Made by a program: the position numbers and the translations under genes | Shown here: one piece after another, positions 11,687 through 23,776 of the stretch | Layout: each line of letters begins with the position of its first letter | Position numbering within the stretch: the first letter of the stretch is position 1 | From: Psammoneis japonica | Taxonomy: Eukaryota | Length of the DNA stretch: 64,000 nt | NCBI GenBank assembly: GCA_008632985.1 | Contig: QPGO01000003.1 | Location: 248,001 to 312,000 of the forward strand | Direction: 5' to 3' | The notes under the pieces: model-generated | What the model saw: the letters and a program-made list of their open reading frames with translations, nothing else | Told to the model about the DNA's origin: nothing | Databases searched by the model: none

Positions 11687-14600
11687 ATGAATTCTGCTTT
11701 TTCAAGGCCTACGTGGATGGCGATGGCGTTGGTACCTCTCTTGCTATCTCAACTCGCCTTCTGTCAATGTGCAACGGAGGAGAAAGTGTCACTGAAGTCT
11801 CTTCTAAAAAGCAGCCACCAGAAAGCATGGGCACAAAACCATGCTGGAAGTGAAGAAATACTGAGGATCGTGGTGGATGAAAAGGCAGAGTTACCTGATG
11901 ATCTATCGTTGTTCGTGAAATACAAAAATCGTCGCGGCATCTCTGTCGTGAAGAAATTGTCGCGCAAATACAAGAAGCTACCACAGCAACGTGTAGTATC
12001 TATCGATGGAACTGACAAAGATACATTAGAAACTCTGCTTGACGATCCCAACATTGATTTTGTGGAAGCAAATCATAAGATTCACGCGCTCTTACCGCCG
12101 ACGAGTTTCAAGTACAAGGATCAGCTGAAGCGGAGCGAGCACAGTCGTGATCTTCAGGAACAGGTTGAATACGGAATAAAAATGGTTCAAGTTGACCAAA
12201 TGTGGGAGCTTTCTCGAAACGTTGAGCAGGTTGACAAGATGACTGTATGCATCATTGATAGTGGCATGGCTCTGGGACATCCGGATCTTCCCACTGAAGA
12301 CGTGACGGGAACAAACACCGGAATTGGTAATTGGTCTATTGACCCATATGGTCATGGCACACACTGCGTGGGAACAGTCGCTGCTTTTGGCAACAATAAT
12401 ATTGGTGTGAAAGGGATTTTGCAAAACACAACGAAATTCAACCTTCATATTGCCCGAGTATTGGATCGAAGAGGAGATGGGTCTGAATTGCTGTTGCTGA
12501 AAGGTCTCGATGCTTGTCTTTCTGCAGGAGCGAAAGTCATTAGCATGAGCGTAGGAGGATCAGGATTCAGCGAAGCATCTAAAAAAGCATTCAAAAAGGC
12601 ATATGACCAAGGCGCATTGCTTGTCGCTGCATCAGGAAATTCGGGAAACGCAGACTACGCCTATCCAGCATCGTTCCCTACGGTCATGTCGGTTGCGGCA
12701 GTCGGACGGAATGAAGAAGTTGCAGAATTTTCCCAGTACAACGATCAAGTGGAGATTTCAGCTCCTGGAATCAATATCATATCTACTGTCCCAGCGAATG
12801 CATATTGGAAAGATGGCTATGATTCACTAAGTGGTGAGTGTTTGTGAGTTTTAAAACCTTCTCCTCCATCTTTGTCTAATTCCTTCCGCTCTCGTCTTAC
12901 TGCCAGGGACATCTATGGCAACGCCCTTTGTATCAGGCATTGCTGCACTGGTGTGGTCGTACTTTCCAAAATGCACCAACACTGAAATTCGCAACGCTGT
13001 TGTACGAACAGCCCTGGATAGAGGTGACTCGGGTTGTGACCAAGAACTCGGATACGGGATTGTGCAAGCAAAAGACGCATACGACTTTTTATTGCGGGAA
13101 GGGTGTCTCGCTGAAAGAGACATCAAAACGAAGCTATCAGATGGTGCAATAGGTGGTTGCAAGCAAGACCCTCTTTACACCCAACCTCCAACACCTTCAC
13201 CGACAGAATTCCTTTGTGATGACAAAGACTTCATGCTGAATCTGACCACGGATGAGTGGGGAGCAGAAACATCGTGGGACCTTGTCGATTCAAACAAGCA
13301 GGTTGTGGAATCCGGTGAAACCCATCGCAGTTCAAGAAACTACATAACGAGGCTCTGTTTGCCGCTCGATAGCTACGTCTTTACCATTCGAGACAGCGAG
13401 AATGATGGAATGTGTTGCAACTATGGCCAAGGGGGTTACTCGGTTTACTTTGACGGAGTATTGCAAGGGGCCGGAGGAGAATTTGCAGGGTCAAAGCAAG
13501 TGGCATTCGGTAGCAAGCAGATTGCCCCAGCTCTGTCCCCATCCGTGGTACTTTCATCATCCCAACCGACTTCATCGCCTGCCGTGTTCACAAGCTTTCC
13601 AACATCTAATATATCCACGGAATCAGCAAAAAGAGCTCCGAACGGGCCATGTATTGACGATGATTCTTGGTTGTTTACAACGAAGAAAGGCGTCAAGAAG
13701 CCTTGTAGGTACTTGCAAACAAAAACAGTCTCACGTTGCCAACTGATAGGCACCAACAGATTTGGAGTTCCGGTGACAGGCCTTGCTGCTTGCCCTGTGA
13801 CCTGCGGTAGTTGTCAAGAAGGTAGTCATCAAGATAGTGTTCATTCCGTGTCTCTCCCTCCCACACAAATACAAATGCCACCATCAACATCTCCTTCACA
13901 AGTACAGACAACAGAGCTCACAAGGTCGCCAACCTCGGCTCCAACGCTTTCACCGACGGCTTCTCCTTCGTCGCGACCTACCAAACTGCCCACCAAGAAG
14001 CCAACGTCGCCCCCATCCTCTGTGACTCCCTCTCCATCAGCTCGAACAACGCACTCACCTACAGCACCTCCATCAAACTCTGATCCAACATCATTTCCAT
14101 CAAGATTGCTCACTCAGAGGCCAACATTACCTCCATCCAAAGCACCAACATCATTTCCGACGTCCAGGCCAACGACTTTGCCTACGATACCACAAACCTC
14201 TCTTCCGACTCCAGCGCAGCCTACCGCACCGACGTTCTCTCCAACCAAGAAACCAATGGTTTGTGTCGACGACCCACAAGGTTGGCATGATGCAGATGGT
14301 GAACAGTACAACTGCGATTGGTATGGAAAGGATGAAAACTGCCAACAATATGGAAACTTTTTTAAAAACTTTGGTACCGTCGCCAATGTGGCTTGTTGCA
14401 GATGCGGTGGCGGCCAAATGGTTTCAATGACTGCAGATGCGACTTTGCTTCCTACAAGGCCACCAACATCATCCCCAACGCCTCGGCCTACTTCATCAAC
14501 TTCAACTCCAACACGTCAGCCTTCGTCGTCACCAACCATGCCCCCAACAAGCAAGCCAACTTTGATCCCTGCGAAACGTCCGATTTCTACCACATTTACT

Positions 14601-15119
14601 TGTGAAAGTCATAATGGCAAAGATTTTCGACTATGCGACGTGGAGGGGGGAACTGCATGTTCTGCTTATGTTGAGCTGGACGGCGATAGCTGCGACGATT
14701 ACTGCGAATCCCGTGGGGGTACATGTCTGTCCTCGGAAACTACAGCTGGCTGGGGAGTCTCATGCCGAGACACAGGTAGAGGATCCTGCCGTGACAGAGA
14801 CCACAGCAGAATATGCTCGTGCAAGCCAAATTTGATGCCTATGAAAAGTCCTGTTTCTACCACATTTACTTGTGAAAGCCACAATGGCAAAGATTTTCGA
14901 CTATGCGACGTGGAGGGGGAAACTGCGTGTTCAGCCTATGTCGAACTGGATGGCGACAGCTGCGACGATTACTGCGAGTCCCGAGGGGGTACATGTCTGT
15001 CCTCAGAAACTACAGCTGGCTGGGGAGTCTCGTGCCGAGACACAGGTGGAGGGTCCTGCCGTGACAGAGTCCACAGCAGAATATGCTCGTGTTCCTTTGC
15101 AAATAACCAGAAACGTTAA
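11687..15119 (+). CDS. Secreted subtilisin-like serine protease (S8) with multiple C-terminal Cys-rich modules; intron 12834-12906; may extend to 15357 via a frameshift
   Basis: Catalytic triad IIDSG, HGTHCVG, SG/TSMATP rebuilt across a GT-AG intron; AASGN oxyanion motif; propeptide; DGMCCNYGQGGY domain; PT linkers. Confidence 0.9.
14584..15092 (+). repeat. Near-identical intragenic duplication (270-bp period) of a Cys-rich module
   Basis: tttctaccacatttacttgtgaaag at 14584 and 14854; both encode TCESHNGKDFRLCDVEG...SRICSC. Confidence 0.9.
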
Positions 15120-15599
15120 CTACGTCAACACACGGATGTGCATGGAGGAGGAAATAGAGTGTTCTGCACACATCAAGTCACCAAGAAACTGCTGCGATGA
15201 TTTCTGTGAGCAACAAGGCGCAACCTGCATTTTCGCTAGGACAATTTCTGGTGACAAACCCAGCTGCTGGGGTGGGTGGCTTGCATCTTGCAGAGAGAGA
15301 GAGAGAGAGAGCACTGGGGACAGCTTCCTTTGCACATGTTCATTGACACAATCGTGAAACCTAAGCCAACCAAGTTCTGCATGCGCAAAGCTCGTCTATG
15401 AAGTGAAGCATGAGACCATAAAATGCCGCTCGGTGGTTGCAGTGGACACTCCTCCATGATGTGTAATAACACAGTAGCTTATCTTTCAGTTCAAATCACT
15501 GCCTCCTCTGGTAAGCGACATTATTGTCCACGATGAAATACCGTGTTACTTTTTTGGGCTGTATTGCAGTGCTGCTTCCATGCTTGTAGGCTAGGAGGG

Positions 15600-18500
15600 G
15601 AAAGTTCATCCACGACCTGACAACATCAAAACACATGGAACTGCTGCAGCGCTGCAGTGACGATGAGACACATCACTCATGCCATCAACTGCTTCTGCTT
15701 TGTATCACAATGTTGCACCATTGACCCTCCTCCACTAAACTCAAGCATCCACTCAGTTGGTACATTGGTGGAGGTGGCACCAGAACACCACAGGGGATGA
15801 CCCGGCAGTGAAGGCGGAACTGGCTTCATCGTGGGTTTCAACACTGCGAACAGCCAAGCAAATGTGCGGCACACAGCCCAGTCAATAACAGACTCAGTCT
15901 TGACATTGTCAGAAGGAGACTCTCTCCTGCATCATTGGCTGCAAGTGCTTGTTGGCAATCACCAAATGAAACTCAACGTCCATTGACATTGGCACAACAA
16001 ACAAGCTTGACTTGGTGGCATCAATGCTGGAAATGTGGCAGCAATGCAAACACAGCAAAGACTCAAAGGTGTTGCATGTTTTCTGTCACATTTGCAAGGT
16101 CTTGGGACTTGTGACAGCAGTGTTTGCTCCTGCCAAAAACAATTTTCAGAAAGGGGGGCATGTGTGCAAGGTTGACTGTGCTCGTGCCGGTAGAAAGGTG
16201 AGGACAAAGAAGGATTTGCTTTGTTGTGTGGGGGGGCTGATGTGACTTTTTGTTGTCCAAAGAACCCTGACAACTTGTTGCATCACAAGGGCAAGTGTTG
16301 CTTTGAGACTTGGGAGGTTGCTGGCTCAAATCTCAAATTCAGGGATGGAACAAAATCAAAAGTTTTCACACATGGAGCACTTCAACAATGTTCTTTTGGC
16401 AAAGATGGAAGCAGTTGCTTAGAGGGCAAAGAAAACAATGTGGGAAACCCAGCTCATGTTTGGTTCCAGTGGGACAGTGCAACACTGCATGCTGGCCGGA
16501 CACTCTTGGGCTTTCTTGGCAGCAAATTTGACAAATGTTCTTGAGAGCTTGTGCTGCATCACCCAACTCCCCACTCACTGATTTTGATGACACATGCTTC
16601 TTCTGGCAATGGCAAAGATGGTTGCCAAAGAGCAAGGGCTTGAACATGGTGGATGGCATTTGCAGGGGGGGCTGTGGGTGCATCACTTCATCCTCGTGTG
16701 TGTGATTTTCACCTGGAAGGGACAATTGCTTGGTCATTCATGCATCACAATCAAGCAGTGAATGCACTTTTTGAGTGGGGTGGATGGGATGATTTTGCAA
16801 AGGGCTTGCAAGCCCTTTGTTGTGGAGCCCAAAAGTTTTCACAGCATGTTCGTTTTGACTCAGAAAAGACAGAGTCCCACTGGAGTGGAAATGACTGAGC
16901 ACCTTGATGTGGTGGTCATGGACAATTGTTGCCTGCTGGAGGAAGTGCATTGGCACATTCAGCAACATCATGGAAATGACCAGAAGCAGCCATTTGTTGG
17001 TGCATCAAATGACTCTGTTGAGAACATTTCAGATGAAACCAAGTTTAATTCCAATGACATCAACGGAAATGATTGGTCATCAACAGTTTGACAATTGACC
17101 CAAGGTGTCACAATTTTCAAAACAATGCAGTTTAAGGGTGCAAATTCTGTTTGTGTTTTGAGCGTGTGTTTGTAAAAAGCATCAAACACAACTTGTGTTT
17201 TAATCATTTGTGATGCAATTCTGAAAAACACATGTCTCACAGTTTCCAAGCTCAGCACGCAAACAACACAACAATGGCAGAAATGCCACTTTCATTCTTG
17301 AGAACTCAGTGGGGTGTCTGGCACCTTTCTTCACAATGTGATTGGCTTTTGCACCATGAGCAATGATGTCACGAGAAAAGATCCTGGGCTCTGGGCTCCC
17401 CACCTCCACTGCATTCAGCTGGCGGAACTTTGGCCATTGTTGCACTGTTGGCCTGGTGACCTCACAACTTGCGCTGCAAGCCATTTGTGCATTTTTCCAC
17501 AACTCGTACACGGCTTTGTAAAACTCCATTTCATTTGAGTGGAAAAATCTAAAAAGACAAAAAGAGGGCCAAAATTGCACCCAAAACACCAAACAAGGGG
17601 ACTTGCAACCCCAAGCTTTTGACAGCACGGCTTCAGTTTTTGAAAGTTGCTTCAAGATTTTGCAATTTTTGACAATGTGGATTAAGACACTGACAACACA
17701 GCTTCAGATTTTGACAATTTGGAGGATGTCTCAAGCCAGCTTCTGGCCAGAGAATTTTGCGCAGAGTTTGCACTGAAAGAGCCTGCAAGCCAGTGCATTT
17801 GGGTGATTTGGCCAGCACTGCTGAACAGATGCAATGTCTTTTGGGTGTGCAAAAATTTTGCAGTTGTGCTGGCAAAACCCCCATTGCTTTGATGGGCAGA
17901 CATTGTCCAGCCAGAAGCTGGCTTGAGGATTCCCCCAAAATGCTTCAGTGCACAAAAACAGAAAATGAGGTGCAAAACCACTGAGACCATGAGCGGCAAT
18001 GGCACCTTTGCTGCTTGTGACAGGTCACTTTGTCAGCACAAAAGGCTGGCCTCATGTGGCTCATGCTGGCATTGAGTGTCTCCTCCCTTTGATGAGCTGT
18101 CATTCACATGTGGTTGCTCTTTGTCAACATGCAAGAGCTTGAAGGTTGAAAGAGGTTTTCGGAAAGTGTGGTTGTGAAGTCTTTCATGCACTCAAAAGTT
18201 GCACAAGTCACAAACTGACAGAAATGCTGTGATGGCACTCAACTCAGCACATTTCTTGGCCTTTTTTCTGTTTCTCCTTGTTGAGATTGACAAACTTTGC
18301 CAACTGGCACTTTTTTTGACAAATGTGTCTCAGCCATGGCTTGTGCCACGTTGCTGCTGATGCTGTGGCTGGTCTGCACAGCACACAATGCAAGATTTTT
18401 TGTGCCAAACAAACGCGATGTTGGAGTGTCCATTGCTGCAGTGGCATCTGGCAAATGACAGCAATTCACTTCTGATGGTGGATGAAAATCTGTTGTGAAT

Positions 18501-20150
18501 TTTGCACAAACAGCATCAAAGCACAATGAGTTTCTGCAGAGGCCAAAGAAAACAAACACCCCAGCCAAGTTCATTTTTTCTTGTTGCCACACCTGCATGA
18601 CTTTGCTCTTGCAATCTGTGTGACAGCTGGTTGATTGGCGCTGGAAGAAAAAAAACAAAGAACAAAACACATGGCAGCCCAACAGTCTGGTGTCAAAAAG
18701 CAACCAAAAGTTGTTGAGGCTCATGGCGGCACAGAGTGACACTTGGGTGTGATTGTCACACTTGCCTTGTCCATGCTGGACCATCATGTTGTCATCACAC
18801 ACTGTTGTTGCACTGGTGGTGTGCAAGATTTGCAATTGTGTCTTGAGCTCAAACTTTGTCACACCTGACAATTGCCCTGTTCTAGACCCATGAGAGGATG
18901 ACACCTGATTTTGACAAAATGGTCTGAGATCATGTCAAATCTTAAACTGCCCAGTTTGAGATTTGCAAATCACGAGTGTCAAAGATTTTGTGTTTGCAGC
19001 TTCAGAGTGGTGGGGAACAAGAAAAATGTCCAAAGGACATCATTTGGACAATGTCAGTCCATTTGAAAAAAGTGTCACAAACATTGTCAGACAATGTTCA
19101 GCTCCCGGCATGCTTGTCGGATTGTTTTTCAACCAGATGCACACAGATGAAATGACCAGGTTCAGTTGTTTTTGCAGTTCTCCTCTGCACAGCTTTGATG
19201 ACCCAGTTGTCTGTGATGCTCAATTGCACCCAACAGCTCAATGGGAGACAACAAAGTCATGAAATCAGCCACTCAAGCAAGAAAGGGGGGTTGAGTCATG
19301 CACTGTTGGCTTCATGTGGAGAAGGACCACCACCTGCACCAAAGCCAGATCCTGCACCATGTGCCAGCCAGTGTGGCGGTGACATCCTTGTCTGTCATGA
19401 GAACCCTCTCAACACCAGCTTCTGTTGTGCTGGAGAAAAAACAGGGGCAGCGGTCACTGCAACAAGTCACAAAGAGAAGCACTTGTTTTCATGAAAGTTG
19501 ATCTTAAAAACACCTGTGCAGGCAATGACAACAGCGCCATCACAGTGAGTGCTTGCAGGAAATCAACATGACAAAGATGCTGGCTTTTGTGAAGAGAGCA
19601 AGTCAGAGGGTCACACTTTGTTTGTGGATCAAGGTGGAGCCACACCTGCAGCAACTTCAGGGAGAGCAACAGCAGCAGTTGTTTGGCAGCTGTTTGAAAC
19701 AACAAGTCAGGGGAGATGTGCCTCAAGGTTGGCAGGATTCTTTCTTGTCATGGCACCACTCATCCTTCAATCTGCATGTGCCCCCATGCCACTTGAAGGA
19801 AAACAGATCCCATCCTTGCCTGTCCACATGAGTTTGCACTCAAAAACAAGCTGGACAATGAACTCTTTTGCAAGTGGTGGGTGCCATCAGTCAAGTCATG
19901 CCTGGCATTTTGAAGGAGCATGGCAAAGTGGCCAATCCATGCCCCAATGCTGATTCACATTCTCTGGAATGTTGCTTTGGCATTGAGGATCATGCAGTTC
20001 CAGTGCTGTGTTGTCTTGCTTGGCATCGGTCTTGTGGTCAGTGGATTGGCTAAATGGTGTTGGGATCATGCTCTTGGATTGCCCTTGGAATGACCCAAGT
20101 CGGCCATGCCAGAGTGGTTGTGGTCTCAAGTGAGTCAACAATCAGGGACA
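15600..20150. other. TpA/CpG-depleted degenerate domain
   Basis: Very few TA or CG, TG/CA-rich, no credible ORF; ends in the decayed citrate synthase copy. Confidence 0.75.
19785..20140 (+). pseudogene. Decayed 3' fragment of citrate synthase
   Basis: Aligns to ~10437-10795 (e.g. caagtcatgcctggcattttgaaggagcatggcaaagtggccaatccatgcccc vs caagtcatgcctgacattctaaaggagcatggcaaggtggccaacccatacccc); indels, stops, TA->TG and CG->CA/TG changes. Confidence 0.9.
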
Positions 20151-20384
20151 AAATGATTTGAGTTTGTTGTAGAGATTGGATGTGAAGGAGCAGGGTTTTA
20201 AAGGATTTGGAGAAATGGGTGCGGTTGTGCTCCAAAAGAAATAGAATTTATTGTGAAGAATTAGGTTAATGAGAAAGTCGGTCTTTGTCTTAGCTAATGG
20301 CATGCCGCATAGGCAGCATTGAGGGACACGACATTCTTCCAGCATCATACGTTCTGCTTTCCCCGCTTTTTGTGCACACAACTG

Positions 20385-22182
20385 CTATGGATGATTCACT
20401 TTTGAACCACTGCCCTGCTGTCCGCCACCAAAAGCAATTGGATAATTTCCATTGACACCGACGGGAGACGTTTCCTGCAAATCGCGAGCGGTGACACTGC
20501 CGTCTACACCCTTAACTCCCCGTGTCGTTCGGTTTGCCACCTTGTCGCAAATCACCTCGGCCGCCAGTTTGCCACTCAGCACGGCTCCCTCCATGCTGCC
20601 CAAATACTTTTGCGTCGCATAGTCACCCGCAAGCACAAAGTTGGGAATGGGCGTCTCTTGACTTGGCCGATACTTGTTTCGTCCCGGTGTCGCGGCGTAG
20701 ACGCTTCGGGGAACACGCACCACGGCTGACTTTTCCACACGGGCACCTCCATTGGTGCACCGGGACCAATTTCGGTGGGAAAGAGCCGTGCCAATTCACC
20801 CATGGTTGCTTTAATAATTTCCTCATCGGAAGCGGCAATCCAATTCTTGTCGGAACCAGCCACGGGGGAACAGGGAGCGAACACCAACTCCAACATGGAA
20901 TTCGTATCCGAGGCGTATTCGTCACAACACGTTGACATGTCGGCATAGACGGAGAGCAGCGGACTCCGTGAAAAGCATAGTCCATCGACGGCTTGTTGGA
21001 GTTTGCGATCCAACCAAATGTGTACATTAATCACGGGAATACCCTCCAATTCATCCAATTGACGAAAAAACGGCATGGGTGACCATGCCTTGGGCACGAG
21101 ACGTTTAAACACATCCACGGGCATGGCCGATACATAATAGTCGGCCGTGACGGTTTTGCCATTGGCAAGCTTGAGACATTGGATGGACTTGTCCTTGTCG
21201 TTCAATTCAATACTCTTGACGGGCATACCGGCCTCGACTGCACCGCCACGAGCCATTACGTGTTCCACAATGGGTTGACATAGCCGATCGGGCTGGTTGC
21301 CATCCAAAAAGGCGTTTGCGATCCATCGGCTTCGTTAATGAATCGATTCATGGCTGTCAAAATGACAGTCATGGACAACTTGTCGGGATCAATAAAGTCG
21401 AGTGCCTTGCCCATGGCGATGAAAATTTCGTCATTGATGCGATCCGGCATGCCGTATTTTTGCATAAATTGCAGCACCGACAATTCGTCCTGTGCGTCAA
21501 TAAAGGATTGGCCCTCGACAAGCATGGGCAGCAATCCCGGAACCATTTTGATTTTTTCCTCTAGAGTCAACATTTCTGTATTGGATAAAATGGCAGCCGC
21601 CATGTTGAATGGAGCGGGGACGCCGGGAGGAAATTTGAATTTTGTAAATTGCCCGGGAAGCTCTTGCATGGCAAATGTCATGGAGTGTTCCTTCCATTGC
21701 AACCGTTCTTCAATATCGAGTTCCTCAAATAAATTCATCATATTAGGATAGGCTCCAAAGAATATATGCAAGCCGGTTTCAATCCAATCCCCGTCGGCGT
21801 CTTGCCATGCCGACACCTTGCCCCCCAGGACCTTGCGTGCTTCATACACGGTAGCTTTGTGACCTGCATCCGACAAGTACTTTGCACACGCGAGTCCAGA
21901 CAAGCCGCCGCCAATAATGGCAACAGTTTTGCTTTCAGATGTTTCTTCAGACGTGAATTTACGAGACAGTTCAGCAGCCTCTTTGTAATTTTGTGTCGCT
22001 TTTATTCTGGGTGGTGTCGGAAAGCGTTCTGTGGTGGTGCTCGACATTGAGAGTTTGTTGACGGATTTCTTTGCGCCATTTTTTGAGACTGAGTTAGGAA
22101 GATGTGGAACCAAGGCGTTTGTTGTTATTACAGAATTCAGAAAAACATAGCAAACGGCCGCTGCTGGGAACCAAGCCATCAT
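20385..22182 (-). CDS. PDS: Phytoene desaturase (15-cis-phytoene desaturase), plastid-targeted; apparent 1-nt frameshifts near 21313 and 20750
   Basis: [18 protein letters not shown] motif, [68 protein letters not shown] spread over three ORFs. Confidence 0.93.
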
Positions 22183-22291
22183 GGTGAACTCGCAGAACAC
22201 AGGTAACAGTGCTGAGAAAATGAAAAACACGAAAAACACGTCATTCAATCGATGGGGTTTAGGGCTTTGAACTTAACGTACGGTATGTAAC

Positions 22292-22325
22292 CTCGCTCGC
22301 CCGCCCGCCCGCCCGCCCGACCGCC
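22292..22325. repeat. (CCCG)n microsatellite in the divergent promoter region
   Basis: ctcgctcgcccgcccgcccgcccgcccgaccgcc between PDS (-) and the 22522 ORF (+). Confidence 0.8.
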
Positions 22326-22521
22326 TACCTCGAGATAGGTCCGTCCGTCTGTCACTCAGCAGCTGTGCAAGATCGCGATCTTGTTGCGGCAAGATGCAAG
22401 ATCGTATTTTTTTCTCGGAGGGAAGCAGAAAACAGTACTAAGGCTGAAGGATTCCAGATTGAAACCAATCATAAAATCAGCATACAGCACCAGAGTGCAT
22501 TTAAAACACAAAAAGTGACAA

Positions 22522-23157
22522 ATGTACAAGAAACTGCTTCTTACCCTCGCTGCGGCGTTTTTCACATCAGCCGCTGCCCCGCCAGGAACCAGCGCAGCAG
22601 CCACGACAGCAGGTCGACCCGTCGACGGCGAACCAACACGAGCCAGTCGAGAACTTTCAATGGGATATGATCTCCTTGGAACCATGTTTGACGGCCAGGG
22701 AAAGTTGTGGTTGCTCCCTACAATACGACTCGTAACGTTTAGCTCAACGCCCATTGACGAAGTCAAGTACGTGGCGAGGAAATTATCCGAATCGGGCAAG
22801 ACTCGAAAGAAACAGCTCAATGAGATGCGAAAATTGTCTCCCGACGCGTCTGAGAAGTATGCTACTTCCGCCGAGTCCAAGGATCCTTTCAAGGAGGCGA
22901 TTGCAGGAGTTGTTGCGTGGCGCGTCATTAAGGACATGCTCGATCGAAGCAAGGGCACATTTGACCTTAACTTTGTCTTGTTGCAGATTACTGCTTGTCG
23001 TTTGATTGCGGCAACCGCCAAGGCCTTGATTCCGTACGAGAATAATGTAGAAAGACGAGCATGGTTAAAATCTATTGATGCGGAGTATCGGGCTCTACGA
23101 GAGGAGTTGAAGGACATTATCAATACGTACGTTCGTGGCGAGGGTTCCGAGCAGTGA
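22522..23157 (+). CDS. Hypothetical protein with signal peptide
   Basis: 211-aa ORF, MYKKLLLTLAAAFFTSAAA N-terminus, normal composition, helical-looking. Confidence 0.6.
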   Translation: MYKKLLLTLAAAFFTSAAAPPGTSAAATTAGRPVDGEPTRASRELSMGYDLLGTMFDGQGKLWLLPTIRLVTFSSTPIDEVKYVARKLSESGKTRKKQLNEMRKLSPDASEKYATSAESKDPFKEAIAGVVAWRVIKDMLDRSKGTFDLNFVLLQITACRLIAATAKALIPYENNVERRAWLKSIDAEYRALREELKDIINTYVRGEGSEQ

Positions 23158-23776
23158 AGTGAAATAATAAAATGGAATTCTGTTCTAGACATAGAATGAT
23201 TTACAACATTGATATGGTTACTTTTAATATCAATAGCCGAAGCAGATTTGAAAAGCAAAGATCATTGTAGGGCCCCGCGGAACAGAAGCGGAATGGGTGG
23301 ATCGCACGAGTACGTAGCTTGTCGGACAACTATGAAACAATTGCCATGCCTACTTTGTAGAAGTCGAGGTGGTTACCGATCAGAATTGTTCAACAGAGCT
23401 TGAAGCCATGCTCGGTTGACAGTGTACGGGCATCTATTCTGGGTTACCGGTACTGCGAGAATTCCATCGCACCATCACGTTGACGAGATATCGCAAAGAT
23501 CGTCTGCAAAAGCGTTATTCGTTCATGAAGCTATTTTATTAAAAGAATCTTCTCCGGTTCACAATTGCGCTCGTCCCTGCCATCAACATCACATCCATGA
23601 GATACAAAACCCATAATGGAAGTGCAAAGTCGTATCAAGAGACAATTAATTTTCTCTAAAATCTAGAATCCGACATTGAATCAAAAACTTTGTTCTTGAC
23701 ACCGCTCTCAAGACAGTATTCACAGCAATAACGTTTCCAAAAGTCGAGTCGAGACAACAGCTAAGCGCACAGCAAC

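Noticed and set aside
15600..19700. Assigning TE families to the older degenerate domains
   Set aside because: No recognisable transposase or RT motif or termini by eye; needs TG/CA->TA/CG back-corrected homology searches
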